From positions 9,448 through 73,447 of the forward strand of contig CAISMH010000008.1 of the NCBI GenBank assembly GCA_903886485.1: a stretch of 64,000 nt of DNA, in the 5' to 3' direction. This stretch comes from an uncultured Burkholderiales bacterium (GTDB lineage: Bacteria; Pseudomonadota; Gammaproteobacteria; Burkholderiales; Burkholderiaceae_C). The translations under genes and the position numbers were made by a program. This document shows positions 40,072-48,516 of the stretch, in pieces (within the stretch, counting starts at the first letter, position 1; every line of letters begins with the position of its first letter). Below the pieces are notes generated by a model. It did not search any database, was not told the DNA's origin, and saw only the letters and a list, made by a program, of their open reading frames with translations.

Positions 40072-40578
40072 ATGAGTACCCCAGCCGTTCGTCGAGTTTG
40101 CGCCTCGCGTCAAACCACTGAATCACCCCCAGATGCTTCAAATGAAGCAAGTGGAACCGCCTATCTAGAGACTTTGCTCGGCTACAACGCCAGTCGTGCG
40201 TCGCACACCTTGATCTCGCATTTCATTCGAGGCGTGGGCTCGTTTGATTTGCGTACCGTGGACTTCTCAGTGCTGTCTGTGATTGGGCATCGCCCCGGTG
40301 TGACTTCTCGCCAACTGTGTCAACAGCTCAATGTGCTGCCGCCCAACATGGTGGTGTTGCTGCGTGAGCTCGACAAACGCGGCCTGATTGAACGCCAGCC
40401 CCACCCGACAGACAAACGCGCAGTGGGCTTGCTGCTCAGCACGCGTGGCAAGGCCTTGATGAAAAAAGCAGAGAAAGCGGCCAGTGCAGCCGATTTAGAA
40501 GGTTCGGCGAACCTCAGCCCTGCGGAGCGCAAAACTCTGACGCGCTTGCTGCAAAAAATCTACGTTGTCGCGGCTTGA
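40072..40578 (+). CDS. MarR regulator, CouR/FerR-like
   Basis: LETLLGYNASRA, FSVLSVIGHRPG, LDKRGLIERQPHPTDKRA; last gene of the cou-like operon; start uncertain. Confidence 0.82.
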   Translation: MSTPAVRRVCASRQTTESPPDASNEASGTAYLETLLGYNASRASHTLISHFIRGVGSFDLRTVDFSVLSVIGHRPGVTSRQLCQQLNVLPPNMVVLLRELDKRGLIERQPHPTDKRAVGLLLSTRGKALMKKAEKAASAADLEGSANLSPAERKTLTRLLQKIYVVAA

Positions 40579-40604
40579 ATTGGCCGCGACAACCCAAGGC
40601 GCAA

Positions 40605-42515
40605 TTACCGCAGAACGCCTGCAAAGAAAGCAGACAACGCATTGAAGCCATCCAATGGCAAAACATGCGCCACATACTGATCAGGGCGCACCACCACCAT
40701 GCAACCCGTCTCACGGTTGATGCCACGCATGTCAAAAATATCGCCCACGCCTTTGTGGTCCACGCAGAAAGTCTTTCCGTGATCTTGTAGACCCAGCTTG
40801 CCGGTTTTTGGCTTCAGCAGCGATGGCATGTGTTCGTAAGCGAGTTGATCAAAGGTTTGCTGAAAGACAGCACGCAAGTCGATCACTGCATCCACGTCTT
40901 CGCCCTTGCGCGTGTGCTTGACGATGGGCGAATTGGGGTTGGTTTCGAGCCAGTCGGCCAGTTTGTGAATCGCCGAACCGGGGGTCGAGCTGTCGGCCTT
41001 GCCGGCAAATGCGTAAATGCGCCAGCGTGCGTCGGCCTGCGCCACATGGCCCAGTTGCATTTGTTTGGCGTCTGACACGCGCACCACGGGTGCGGAGTGG
41101 AAGCGTCGGCCAATCTCTTCGCCTTTGGCCAGTGCTTGGTGAGCACTGGAGGCAAACAAATACGAGGTGTCGTATTTCACGGCGGTACCACCTGTGAACT
41201 CGAGGTTTTCTTTGAACTGACGAATGATGCGCGGCTCTTCTGTGCCATCGCGCTCCGCTTGTGTGGTGGGCGCCGACATGACGCGTGACCACTTGTGGTC
41301 GGTCTCGACCAAACGCTTGGCTTCAGTCAACCGCTCTTTGGTGTAGCTGCGCAACAGGCTGGCATCGGCGCGGCCTTGGAGCACATGCACCAGTTTCCAG
41401 CCGAGGTTGAAGGTGTCTTGCATCGACACGTTCATGCCCTGTCCGGCTTTGGGCGAATGTGTGTGGCACGCATCGCCTGCAATGAACACACGTGGGTTGC
41501 GGTCCACGCCTTCGGGCACATCGTCAAACCGGTCGGTGATGCTGTGGCCAATGTCATAGATGGACCACCACACCACTTCTTTCACATCAATCGAATAAGG
41601 TTGGATGATGCGGTTCGCAGCCGCAATCATGTCGACTTGGGTGAGCTTGCGCTGTGAGGCTTTTTCGTCTGGACGCAGTTTGTCGAGCTCGACATACATT
41701 CGGAATACATAGCCACCTTCGCGGGGCAAAATTAACAAGTTGCCTTCGCTGGCTGAAGAGATCAAGCACTTCTGTCGCACATCTGGGAAATCGGTGTTGG
41801 CCAAAATATCCATGACACCCCAAGCTTGGTTCGCAGCATCCCCATGCAACTCCCCGCCAATCGCTTTACGCACAGCTGAGTGGGCGCCATCACAGCCCAC
41901 CACGTAGTTGGCACGCACGGTGCGCGTCGCACCCCAGTTCACGCCGCTGGCGTCGCGCAAGGTGACCGTCACAGGATGATCGTCGGTGGTGGGGTCGATG
42001 GTGAGCCCCTGCACTTCCCAGCTGTAGTCGGGCTCTAAGCGAGAGGGTGAGTTTTTCATCACTTCCAAAAACAACTCATGCAGCCGCGCTTGGTTGATCA
42101 AGATGTGCGGCATTTCTGAACTGTCGTCAGCCACGTCTTGCACGCGGCCTACGCGTTTGATGTACTTGGGGTTCTTGGGGTCGGGCATCCAAAAAGCGGT
42201 TTGGTTGACCCAATAGGTTTCGCGCTTCACCTTGTCTGCAAACCCAAACGCTTGGAACATTTCCATGGTGCGCGTGTTGATGCCGTCAGCCTTGCCTTTG
42301 ATGATGTTGCTGGACATGCGTTCGATGATCATCGTCTCGATCTCTGGGAACTGCGACAGTTGAGCGGCCAAACACAAGCCGGCAGGCCCAGTTCCAGAAA
42401 TCAGGACATCCACTTTTTCGGGCAAGGGTTCGTTGATGCCGCGATTTCGGCGGTTCGGTGCAGCCTCCTTGATGTCAGGGCTACCACCACGAAAACCATT
42501 TTTGTAGAACTGCAT
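40605..42515 (-). CDS. mobA: FAD monooxygenase, 3-hydroxybenzoate 4-hydroxylase (MobA)/phenol hydroxylase family
   Basis: True start MQFYKNG; GTGPAG, KADG, VGCDG, GDACHTHSPKAGQGMNVSMQD, C-terminal thioredoxin-like VVRPDQYV. Confidence 0.8.
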   Translation of the reverse strand: MQFYKNGFRGGSPDIKEAAPNRRNRGINEPLPEKVDVLISGTGPAGLCLAAQLSQFPEIETMIIERMSSNIIKGKADGINTRTMEMFQAFGFADKVKRETYWVNQTAFWMPDPKNPKYIKRVGRVQDVADDSSEMPHILINQARLHELFLEVMKNSPSRLEPDYSWEVQGLTIDPTTDDHPVTVTLRDASGVNWGATRTVRANYVVGCDGAHSAVRKAIGGELHGDAANQAWGVMDILANTDFPDVRQKCLISSASEGNLLILPREGGYVFRMYVELDKLRPDEKASQRKLTQVDMIAAANRIIQPYSIDVKEVVWWSIYDIGHSITDRFDDVPEGVDRNPRVFIAGDACHTHSPKAGQGMNVSMQDTFNLGWKLVHVLQGRADASLLRSYTKERLTEAKRLVETDHKWSRVMSAPTTQAERDGTEEPRIIRQFKENLEFTGGTAVKYDTSYLFASSAHQALAKGEEIGRRFHSAPVVRVSDAKQMQLGHVAQADARWRIYAFAGKADSSTPGSAIHKLADWLETNPNSPIVKHTRKGEDVDAVIDLRAVFQQTFDQLAYEHMPSLLKPKTGKLGLQDHGKTFCVDHKGVGDIFDMRGINRETGCMVVVRPDQYVAHVLPLDGFNALSAFFAGVLR

Positions 42516-42564
42516 GTTTTGTCTCCAGCCATTGAAAAAACGCCGAAAGTTCGGCACTGGACAA

Positions 42565-42619
42565 ATGATAACTATGCTTATTATTTTTTGTCAAGACAGT
42601 ATGTATGATTACTAAATCA
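42565..42619. promoter_or_regulatory. mobA promoter and candidate MobR operator
   Basis: Minus-strand TTGACA-N18-TATCAT (42594 to 42565); TGATT-acta-AATCA inverted repeat 42606-42619. Confidence 0.55.
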
Positions 42620-42640
42620 GATTATCTTGGAGCAATAGGC

Positions 42641-43081
42641 ATGGTCATCCACGACATGGCGGGGCACTTGATACGTCGCCTGCAACAACAGTCCACCCAA
42701 ATCTTTGCGCAGCGCACCCAAGCTGCTGGCTATGACCTGACCTCGGTGCAATACGCGGCGCTAGACGCAATCGCCAACAACCCGCATGTTGACCAAGCGA
42801 CCGTGGCCGAAATCATTGGCTACGACCGCGCCACCATTGGCGGTGTGATTGAACGCTTAGACACCAAGGGTTGGGTGCACCGTGTGGTGAGCGAACAAGA
42901 CCGTCGTTCGCGTGAGCTGTCGCTCACAGCCAAGGGCAACAAAATTTACTTGGCCCTTCAGCCCATCGTGCATGAACTGCAAGCAGACATTCTTCACCCC
43001 TTGAGTGCGACCGAACAAGAACGCTTCATCAAGCTGGCCCGCCAAGTGGTGTGGCACGACAAATCGGCTGACGAGGCCTAA
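42641..43081 (+). CDS. mobR: MarR regulator, MobR-like
   Basis: GGAG RBS; DMAGHLIRRLQQ, LTSVQYAAL, YDRATIGGVIERL; divergent from mobA. Confidence 0.8.
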   Translation: MVIHDMAGHLIRRLQQQSTQIFAQRTQAAGYDLTSVQYAALDAIANNPHVDQATVAEIIGYDRATIGGVIERLDTKGWVHRVVSEQDRRSRELSLTAKGNKIYLALQPIVHELQADILHPLSATEQERFIKLARQVVWHDKSADEA

Positions 43082-43710
43082 GAGATAAAAATCAAACGTG
43101 CGCCAAGGCCGCAAAAAATAACGCCGGCCAAGCGGTCAAACCACAGCGCCACCAGCGGCCAGCGTGCAAACCACTGCCCCACCGTTCCCGCAAAGTAACC
43201 CAGCACGCCAAACAGCAATGCCGCTTGCACCGTAAACGCCACGCCCAGCTGTGCCAACTGCCAAGGCACATCGCCACGCGCCGCCTGCACAAACTGGGGC
43301 AAGAAAGCCAAGAAAAACAACATCACTTTGGGGTTGATGGCATTGGCAAACACGCCGCGCCACAACAATTGCATGGCTGACTGATTGGGCACCTCGGAGG
43401 CATGAGCGGGGACGCTGGCCCCACCTCGGCTACGCAAAGCCTGCACACCCAACCAAAACAAATACGCCCCTCCGCCTATGCGCAAGGCCGCAAACGCCAC
43501 AGGCGACGCCACCAACAACGAACTCACCCCCACCACGGCCAACAAGGTGTGACTTAGACAGCCCAGCGCGCAACCCAAACCAAACGCCATGCCCTGCTTG
43601 CGCCCACGCGACATGCCAAGGCTGAGCACCATCAGGTTGTCGGGGCCAGGGGACAGGGTGATGAGGCTGGCGGCTAGCAAAAAGCCTAGTAACTGGTCGA
43701 GGGTGAGCAT
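43078..43710 (-). CDS. LysE/RhtB family translocator
   Basis: LSPGPDNLMVL, GGAYLFWLG, NAINPKVMLFFLAFLPQF. Confidence 0.92.
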   Translation of the reverse strand: MLTLDQLLGFLLAASLITLSPGPDNLMVLSLGMSRGRKQGMAFGLGCALGCLSHTLLAVVGVSSLLVASPVAFAALRIGGGAYLFWLGVQALRSRGGASVPAHASEVPNQSAMQLLWRGVFANAINPKVMLFFLAFLPQFVQAARGDVPWQLAQLGVAFTVQAALLFGVLGYFAGTVGQWFARWPLVALWFDRLAGVIFCGLGARLIFIS

Positions 43711-43731
43711 TGCGCTATTTTCTCTTGCGCT

Positions 43732-46521
43732 TTAATGCGCCTTGTCCCAGTTCGGTCCAACGCCAACTTCTGCGAGCAAAGGCACTTTGAGCTGCGCCAC
43801 GTCCGCCATCAGGCGTGGCACTTCGGTGCGCACCCACGCCACCTCTGACTCGGGCACTTCAAACACCAGTTCATCGTGCACTTGCATGATGACTTTGGTT
43901 TGGCGTTGTTGATCGTCAATGGCTTTTTGCACAGCCACCATGCTCATCTTGATGAGGTCAGCCGCTGTGCCTTGCATGGGCGCGTTGATGGCGGCGCGCT
44001 CTGCGCCTGCGCGACGTGGGCCGTTGGGGCTGTTGATTTCGGGTAAATACAAACGACGACCAAACACGGTTTGCACATAGCCTTGTGCTTTGGCTTGTTC
44101 GCGTGTGTCGTCCATGTAGCGCTTGACGCCTGCGAAGCGTTCGAAATAACGGGTGATGTAATTTTTCGCCGCAGTGTTGTCGATACCCAAGGCCTTGGCC
44201 AAACCAAACGCACTCATGCCATAGATGAGGCCGAAGTTAATCACCTTGGCATAGCGGCGCTGCTCGTTGCTCACCTCACTCACGCCCACACCAAACACTT
44301 CAGAGGCGGTGGCGCGGTGAACATCGAGGCCTTCGTGAAAAGCTTTGACCAAGGCCTCGTCACCACTGATGTGCGCCATGATGCGCAGCTCAATTTGGCT
44401 GTAGTCGGCACTGGCAATCACGCAACCCGCAGGGGCCACGAAGGCCTCGCGCACTTTGCGGCCTTCGGCAGTGCGGATGGGGATGTTCTGCAAGTTGGGG
44501 TCGTTGCTGGACAAGCGGCCCGTCACGGCCACGGCTTGCGCATAGTGCGTGTGGACGCGGCCCGTGCGTGGCACAGCCATGTGTGCGAGCTTGTCGGTGT
44601 AAGTGCCTTTGAGTTTGCTGAGACTGCGGTGTTCCAAAATTTTGGCGGGCAGTGGGTAGTCCTCAGCCAACTTCTCCAACACTTCTTCGTCGGTGCTGCG
44701 CGCGCCAGTGGCAGTTTTTTTGATGACGGGCAAGCCCAGTTTGTCAAAAAAGATTTCGCCCAGTTGCTTGGGGCTGGCCAAGTTAAACGGTTGGCCTGCA
44801 ATTTCATACGCCTCGGTTTCGAGCTGCACGATGCGTTGGCCCAGAGCGTGGCTTTGTGCGGCGAGTGTGGGTGCGTCAATCAACACGCCATTGCGCTCGA
44901 TGCGGTACAAGGCTTCGCTACTGTCGATCTCTAACTGATAGATGAAGCGCAGCTTGTCGTCGGCTTGCAAACGCGGCCACAACACGTGGTGCACATCCAA
45001 GGTCATATCCGAGTCTTCGCACGAATACTCGGTGGCACGCGCCACGTCGACTTGTGAGAACGGAATTTGGTGCGCGCCTTTGCCGCACAGGTCTTCGTAG
45101 TTCAAACCTTTGCGGCCCACATGACGCTCGGCCAAGCTGGCAAGGCCGTGGGGTTTGTGCACTTCCAGCACATAGCTTTGCAGTAGGGTGTCGTGCGCGT
45201 AGCCCTTCACCTCAATGCCGTGGTTGGCCATGACGTGGCGGTCGTACTTGATGTGTTGGCCCAGCTTCTGGATGGCTGGGTTTTCAAACCACGGCTTGAG
45301 TTTGGCCAACACCTCGTTGATGGGCAGTTGCGTGGGCGCGTCGCCATAGCTGTGCGCGAGCGGGATGTAACAGGCCTCGCCGGGGGTGACTGAAAAACTC
45401 AGGCCCACTATCTCGGCGCGCATGGCGTCGAGTGAGGTGGTTTCCGTGTCAAACGCCACCAGCTCAGCCGCATGGAGTTTGGCCAGCCATGTGTCAAACA
45501 TGGCCCAGTCCAGCACGCAGTCGTAATGTTTGGCGGTGACGGCAGACACCGTGGGTTCGGGTTCGTCAAACAGGCTGGGGTTGGGTTCAAACTTCGATCT
45601 CGCTTCTTTGTGGCCCGCCGAGCTGTCTGAGTCCGTGCCTTCGCTGATGGCGCGGGCCAAACCTTTGAAGCCATAGGTTTCATAAAAGGTTTTCAAGCCC
45701 GCTTTGTCAGGCTCAGCCAAGTGCAGCGCGTCAAGTGCAGGCAGGTTGGGAACGTAGGCCGACAAATCACAATCGGTTTTCATCGTCACGAGCTGGCGGC
45801 CCATGGGCAGCCAATCCACAGCTTGGCGCAAGTTCTCGCCCGCCACGCCTTTGATGGCGCTGGCGTTTTGCAGCAAGTTGTCGAGCGAGCCGAATTCCAT
45901 CAGCCACTTGGCCGCGGTCTTGGGACCCACCTTGGCGACGCCGGGCACGTTGTCTACGGTGTCGCCCACCAAGGTTTGGTAGTCGATCATCAGCGCGGGC
46001 GGAACGCCAAACTCAGCAGTCACGCCAGCCACATCGCGTTTTTTGCCGTTCATGGTGTCCATGATGGTGATGTGCTCGTTGACCAATTGGCTCAAGTCTT
46101 TGTCACCACTTGACACCACCACCGTCACGCCTTGTTTGGCCGCGGTGACGGCCAAGGTGGCAATCACGTCGTCGGCCTCGACGCCCGGCACATCGAGCAC
46201 AGTCCAGCCCAGCATGCGCACCATGGCATGGATGGGTTCGATTTGCGCGCGCAAATCATCAGGCATGGGCGAGCGATTGGCTTTGTACGCGGGGTACATC
46301 TCGTCGCGAAAGGTGGGGCCTTTGGCGTCAAACACGCAAGCGGCCAACTGGGTGGGCACTTCTTTGCGCAGGGCTTGCATCATGTTGATCATGCAGCGAA
46401 TGGCCCCGGTGGCGGGGCTGGTCGGGTCACCCGGCACGGCGCGCAGATCGGGCATGGCATGGAAGGCGCGGTAGAGGTAGCTGGAGCCGTCAACCAGCAG
46501 CAATGTTTTGGATTCACTCAT
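43732..46521 (-). CDS. polA: DNA polymerase I
   Basis: LVDGSSYLYRAFHA 5'-exo, FDTETT 3'-exo, DYSQIELR, RRYAKVINFGLIYG, QVHDEL. Confidence 0.99.
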   Translation of the reverse strand: MSESKTLLLVDGSSYLYRAFHAMPDLRAVPGDPTSPATGAIRCMINMMQALRKEVPTQLAACVFDAKGPTFRDEMYPAYKANRSPMPDDLRAQIEPIHAMVRMLGWTVLDVPGVEADDVIATLAVTAAKQGVTVVVSSGDKDLSQLVNEHITIMDTMNGKKRDVAGVTAEFGVPPALMIDYQTLVGDTVDNVPGVAKVGPKTAAKWLMEFGSLDNLLQNASAIKGVAGENLRQAVDWLPMGRQLVTMKTDCDLSAYVPNLPALDALHLAEPDKAGLKTFYETYGFKGLARAISEGTDSDSSAGHKEARSKFEPNPSLFDEPEPTVSAVTAKHYDCVLDWAMFDTWLAKLHAAELVAFDTETTSLDAMRAEIVGLSFSVTPGEACYIPLAHSYGDAPTQLPINEVLAKLKPWFENPAIQKLGQHIKYDRHVMANHGIEVKGYAHDTLLQSYVLEVHKPHGLASLAERHVGRKGLNYEDLCGKGAHQIPFSQVDVARATEYSCEDSDMTLDVHHVLWPRLQADDKLRFIYQLEIDSSEALYRIERNGVLIDAPTLAAQSHALGQRIVQLETEAYEIAGQPFNLASPKQLGEIFFDKLGLPVIKKTATGARSTDEEVLEKLAEDYPLPAKILEHRSLSKLKGTYTDKLAHMAVPRTGRVHTHYAQAVAVTGRLSSNDPNLQNIPIRTAEGRKVREAFVAPAGCVIASADYSQIELRIMAHISGDEALVKAFHEGLDVHRATASEVFGVGVSEVSNEQRRYAKVINFGLIYGMSAFGLAKALGIDNTAAKNYITRYFERFAGVKRYMDDTREQAKAQGYVQTVFGRRLYLPEINSPNGPRRAGAERAAINAPMQGTAADLIKMSMVAVQKAIDDQQRQTKVIMQVHDELVFEVPESEVAWVRTEVPRLMADVAQLKVPLLAEVGVGPNWDKAH

Positions 46522-46534
46522 AACGGTGGATTGT

Positions 46535-46697
46535 GCCTTGTGTGTTTTTTGTTGCTGGGCTCGCTGGACGCGGCGGGCAGGCGTCGCTGCTTCATGCTGG
46601 CGTACCAGAAATCATGGCGACGCCCACCCGCCACGCCCAGTCTGCGGCCTAGGTCTTGGCACAAGAACAACCCCCAAGCGAGCCCAGCACACAAAGC
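46535..46697 (-). ncRNA. Candidate structured ncRNA or palindromic element between polA and thrB
   Basis: 12-bp perfect outer stem (46554-65/46677-88), a 20-bp inner helix (46568-87/46617-36) whose 4 mismatches are all G-U on the minus strand, and an apical CUGG-UACG-CCAG hairpin. Confidence 0.45.
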
Positions 46698-46752
46698 CAA
46701 AGAAGCAAAAGCGCCAACTACAATGTGCGAACTTTCTAACCCCTTGGCAGTC

Positions 46753-47730
46753 ATGGCAGTTTTTACAGAAGTTTCAGAGTCCTCCGCGCAAGAACTGCTG
46801 ACCCAACTCAAACTCGGCGAGTTGGTCGAACTCAAAGGCATCCAAGGTGGCATTGAGAACACCAATTACTTTCTCACCAGCAGCGAGGGCCCCTACGTCC
46901 TCACCCTGTTTGAACGCCTCACCCACGCGCAGCTGCCGTTTTATCTGTACCTGATGAAGCACTTGGCGCAAGGCGGCATTCCTGTGCCAGACCCCGTGTC
47001 CAACCCAGACGGTGACATCTTGCTCACCGTTGAGGGCAAGCCCGCTGCCGTGGTCAACCGCTTGCGAGGTAAAAGCGAACTCAACCCCACCCCCGCCCAT
47101 TGCGCCGCTGTGGGCGACATGCTGGCCCGCATGCACTTGGCGGGTCGCGACTACAAACGCCAACAACCCAACCTGCGTGGCCTTGCATGGTGGAACGAAA
47201 CCGTGCCCGTGGTGCTACCGTATTTGGACGCGGCACAAGCCACGCTCATTCAAACCGAGCTGGCTTACCAAAACCACATCGCCGCGTCATCGGCCTACAC
47301 CGCCCTGCCCCGTGGCCCGATTCATGCCGACTTGTTCCGCGACAACGTGATGTTTGATGGCAGCGCGCAAGCGCCCGAGTTGAGTGGCTTCTTCGACTTT
47401 TACTTTGCGGGCGTGGACACGTGGCTGTTTGATGTGGCCGTGTGTTTGAACGACTGGTGCACCCAACACACCGACGACCTCCATGCCGATGGCACGCACG
47501 ATGCGGCCAAAGCCAAGGCCTTCATCAAGGCCTACCAAGCCGTGCGCCCCTTCACCCCCGCTGAACGCCAGTTGCTCAATCCCATGTTGCGCGCAGGTGC
47601 CTTGCGTTTTTGGACCTCGCGCTTGTGGGACTTCTACCTGCCGCGCGAAGCCAGCATGTTGCAACCCCACGACCCCACGCACTTTGAACGTGTGCTGCGC
47701 CAACGTGTGGCTCATCCTGTCACACTCTGA
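46753..47730 (+). CDS. thrB: Homoserine kinase type II
   Basis: True start MAVFTEVS; GIQGGIENTNY, IHADLFRDN, FFDFYFA, ALRFWTSRL; TACAAT at 46719. Confidence 0.95.
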   Translation: MAVFTEVSESSAQELLTQLKLGELVELKGIQGGIENTNYFLTSSEGPYVLTLFERLTHAQLPFYLYLMKHLAQGGIPVPDPVSNPDGDILLTVEGKPAAVVNRLRGKSELNPTPAHCAAVGDMLARMHLAGRDYKRQQPNLRGLAWWNETVPVVLPYLDAAQATLIQTELAYQNHIAASSAYTALPRGPIHADLFRDNVMFDGSAQAPELSGFFDFYFAGVDTWLFDVAVCLNDWCTQHTDDLHADGTHDAAKAKAFIKAYQAVRPFTPAERQLLNPMLRAGALRFWTSRLWDFYLPREASMLQPHDPTHFERVLRQRVAHPVTL

Positions 47731-47733
47731 GCC

Positions 47734-48510
47734 ATGAAACTCATCGTCGTCCCTGCTAAAACTGGCTCCCTCTGGGTGCGCCAAGGTATCCGCGCTTTCT
47801 GGAGACAGCCGCTGGCACTGACGGGCTTGTTCTTCATGTTCATGGCCAGCATGTCCATCGTCTCCATCGTGCCTGTGCTGGGTGGCTTTTTGGCGCTGAT
47901 GCTGTTGCCCGCTGCGTCACTGGGCTTGATGGCCGCCACGCGTGAGGTGGATTTGGGCAAGTTCCCCATGCCTGTGATCTTGGCAGTTGGGTTTCGCAAC
48001 GGCGCAGATGGCAAGCGCAACATGTTGGTACTGGGCGTGCTCTACGCCTGCGGCTTCGTCGGTGTGATGGCGTTGTCAGCGCTGGTAGACGGTGGTGACT
48101 TTGCCAAGCTTTATTTGGTGGGGGGTTCGCTCGACATGGACACGCTCGTCAAACCTGAGTTTCAAAATGCCATGTGGCTGTCGCTGCTGTTGTACATGCC
48201 TTTGTCGATGGTGTTTTGGCATGCCCCTGCCCTGACCCATTGGCATGGCGTGCCTGTGATGAAAAGCTTGTTCTTCAGCACCGTGGCGTGCCTCAGCAAC
48301 TGGCGCGCATTCTTGGTGTTTGGGCTGATGTGGTCGTTGATTTTCTTAGGCACGACCTTGGGCATCACCCTGGTCGCCAGTTTGTTGGACGACGCGGACT
48401 TTGCCGCCATGGCCTTGCTGCCCGCCATGCTGATGCTAGCGGCCATGTTTTTTTGCTCCACGTATTACAGCTTCAAAGACTGCTTCACGTCCGACGTGAT
48501 TTACGCTTGA
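47734..48510 (+). CDS. BPSS1780-family membrane protein
   Basis: WVRQGIRAFWRQP, FWHAPAL.HWHG, SLFFS..ACL.NW.AF; conserved neighbour of thrB. Confidence 0.85.
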   Translation: MKLIVVPAKTGSLWVRQGIRAFWRQPLALTGLFFMFMASMSIVSIVPVLGGFLALMLLPAASLGLMAATREVDLGKFPMPVILAVGFRNGADGKRNMLVLGVLYACGFVGVMALSALVDGGDFAKLYLVGGSLDMDTLVKPEFQNAMWLSLLLYMPLSMVFWHAPALTHWHGVPVMKSLFFSTVACLSNWRAFLVFGLMWSLIFLGTTLGITLVASLLDDADFAAMALLPAMLMLAAMFFCSTYYSFKDCFTSDVIYA

Positions 48511-48516
48511 AGCGCA

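Noticed and set aside
46132-46752. N-terminal extension of thrB (532-aa ORF)
   Set aside because: It overlaps polA antisense; type II homoserine kinases begin MAVFT and a -10 lies at 46719
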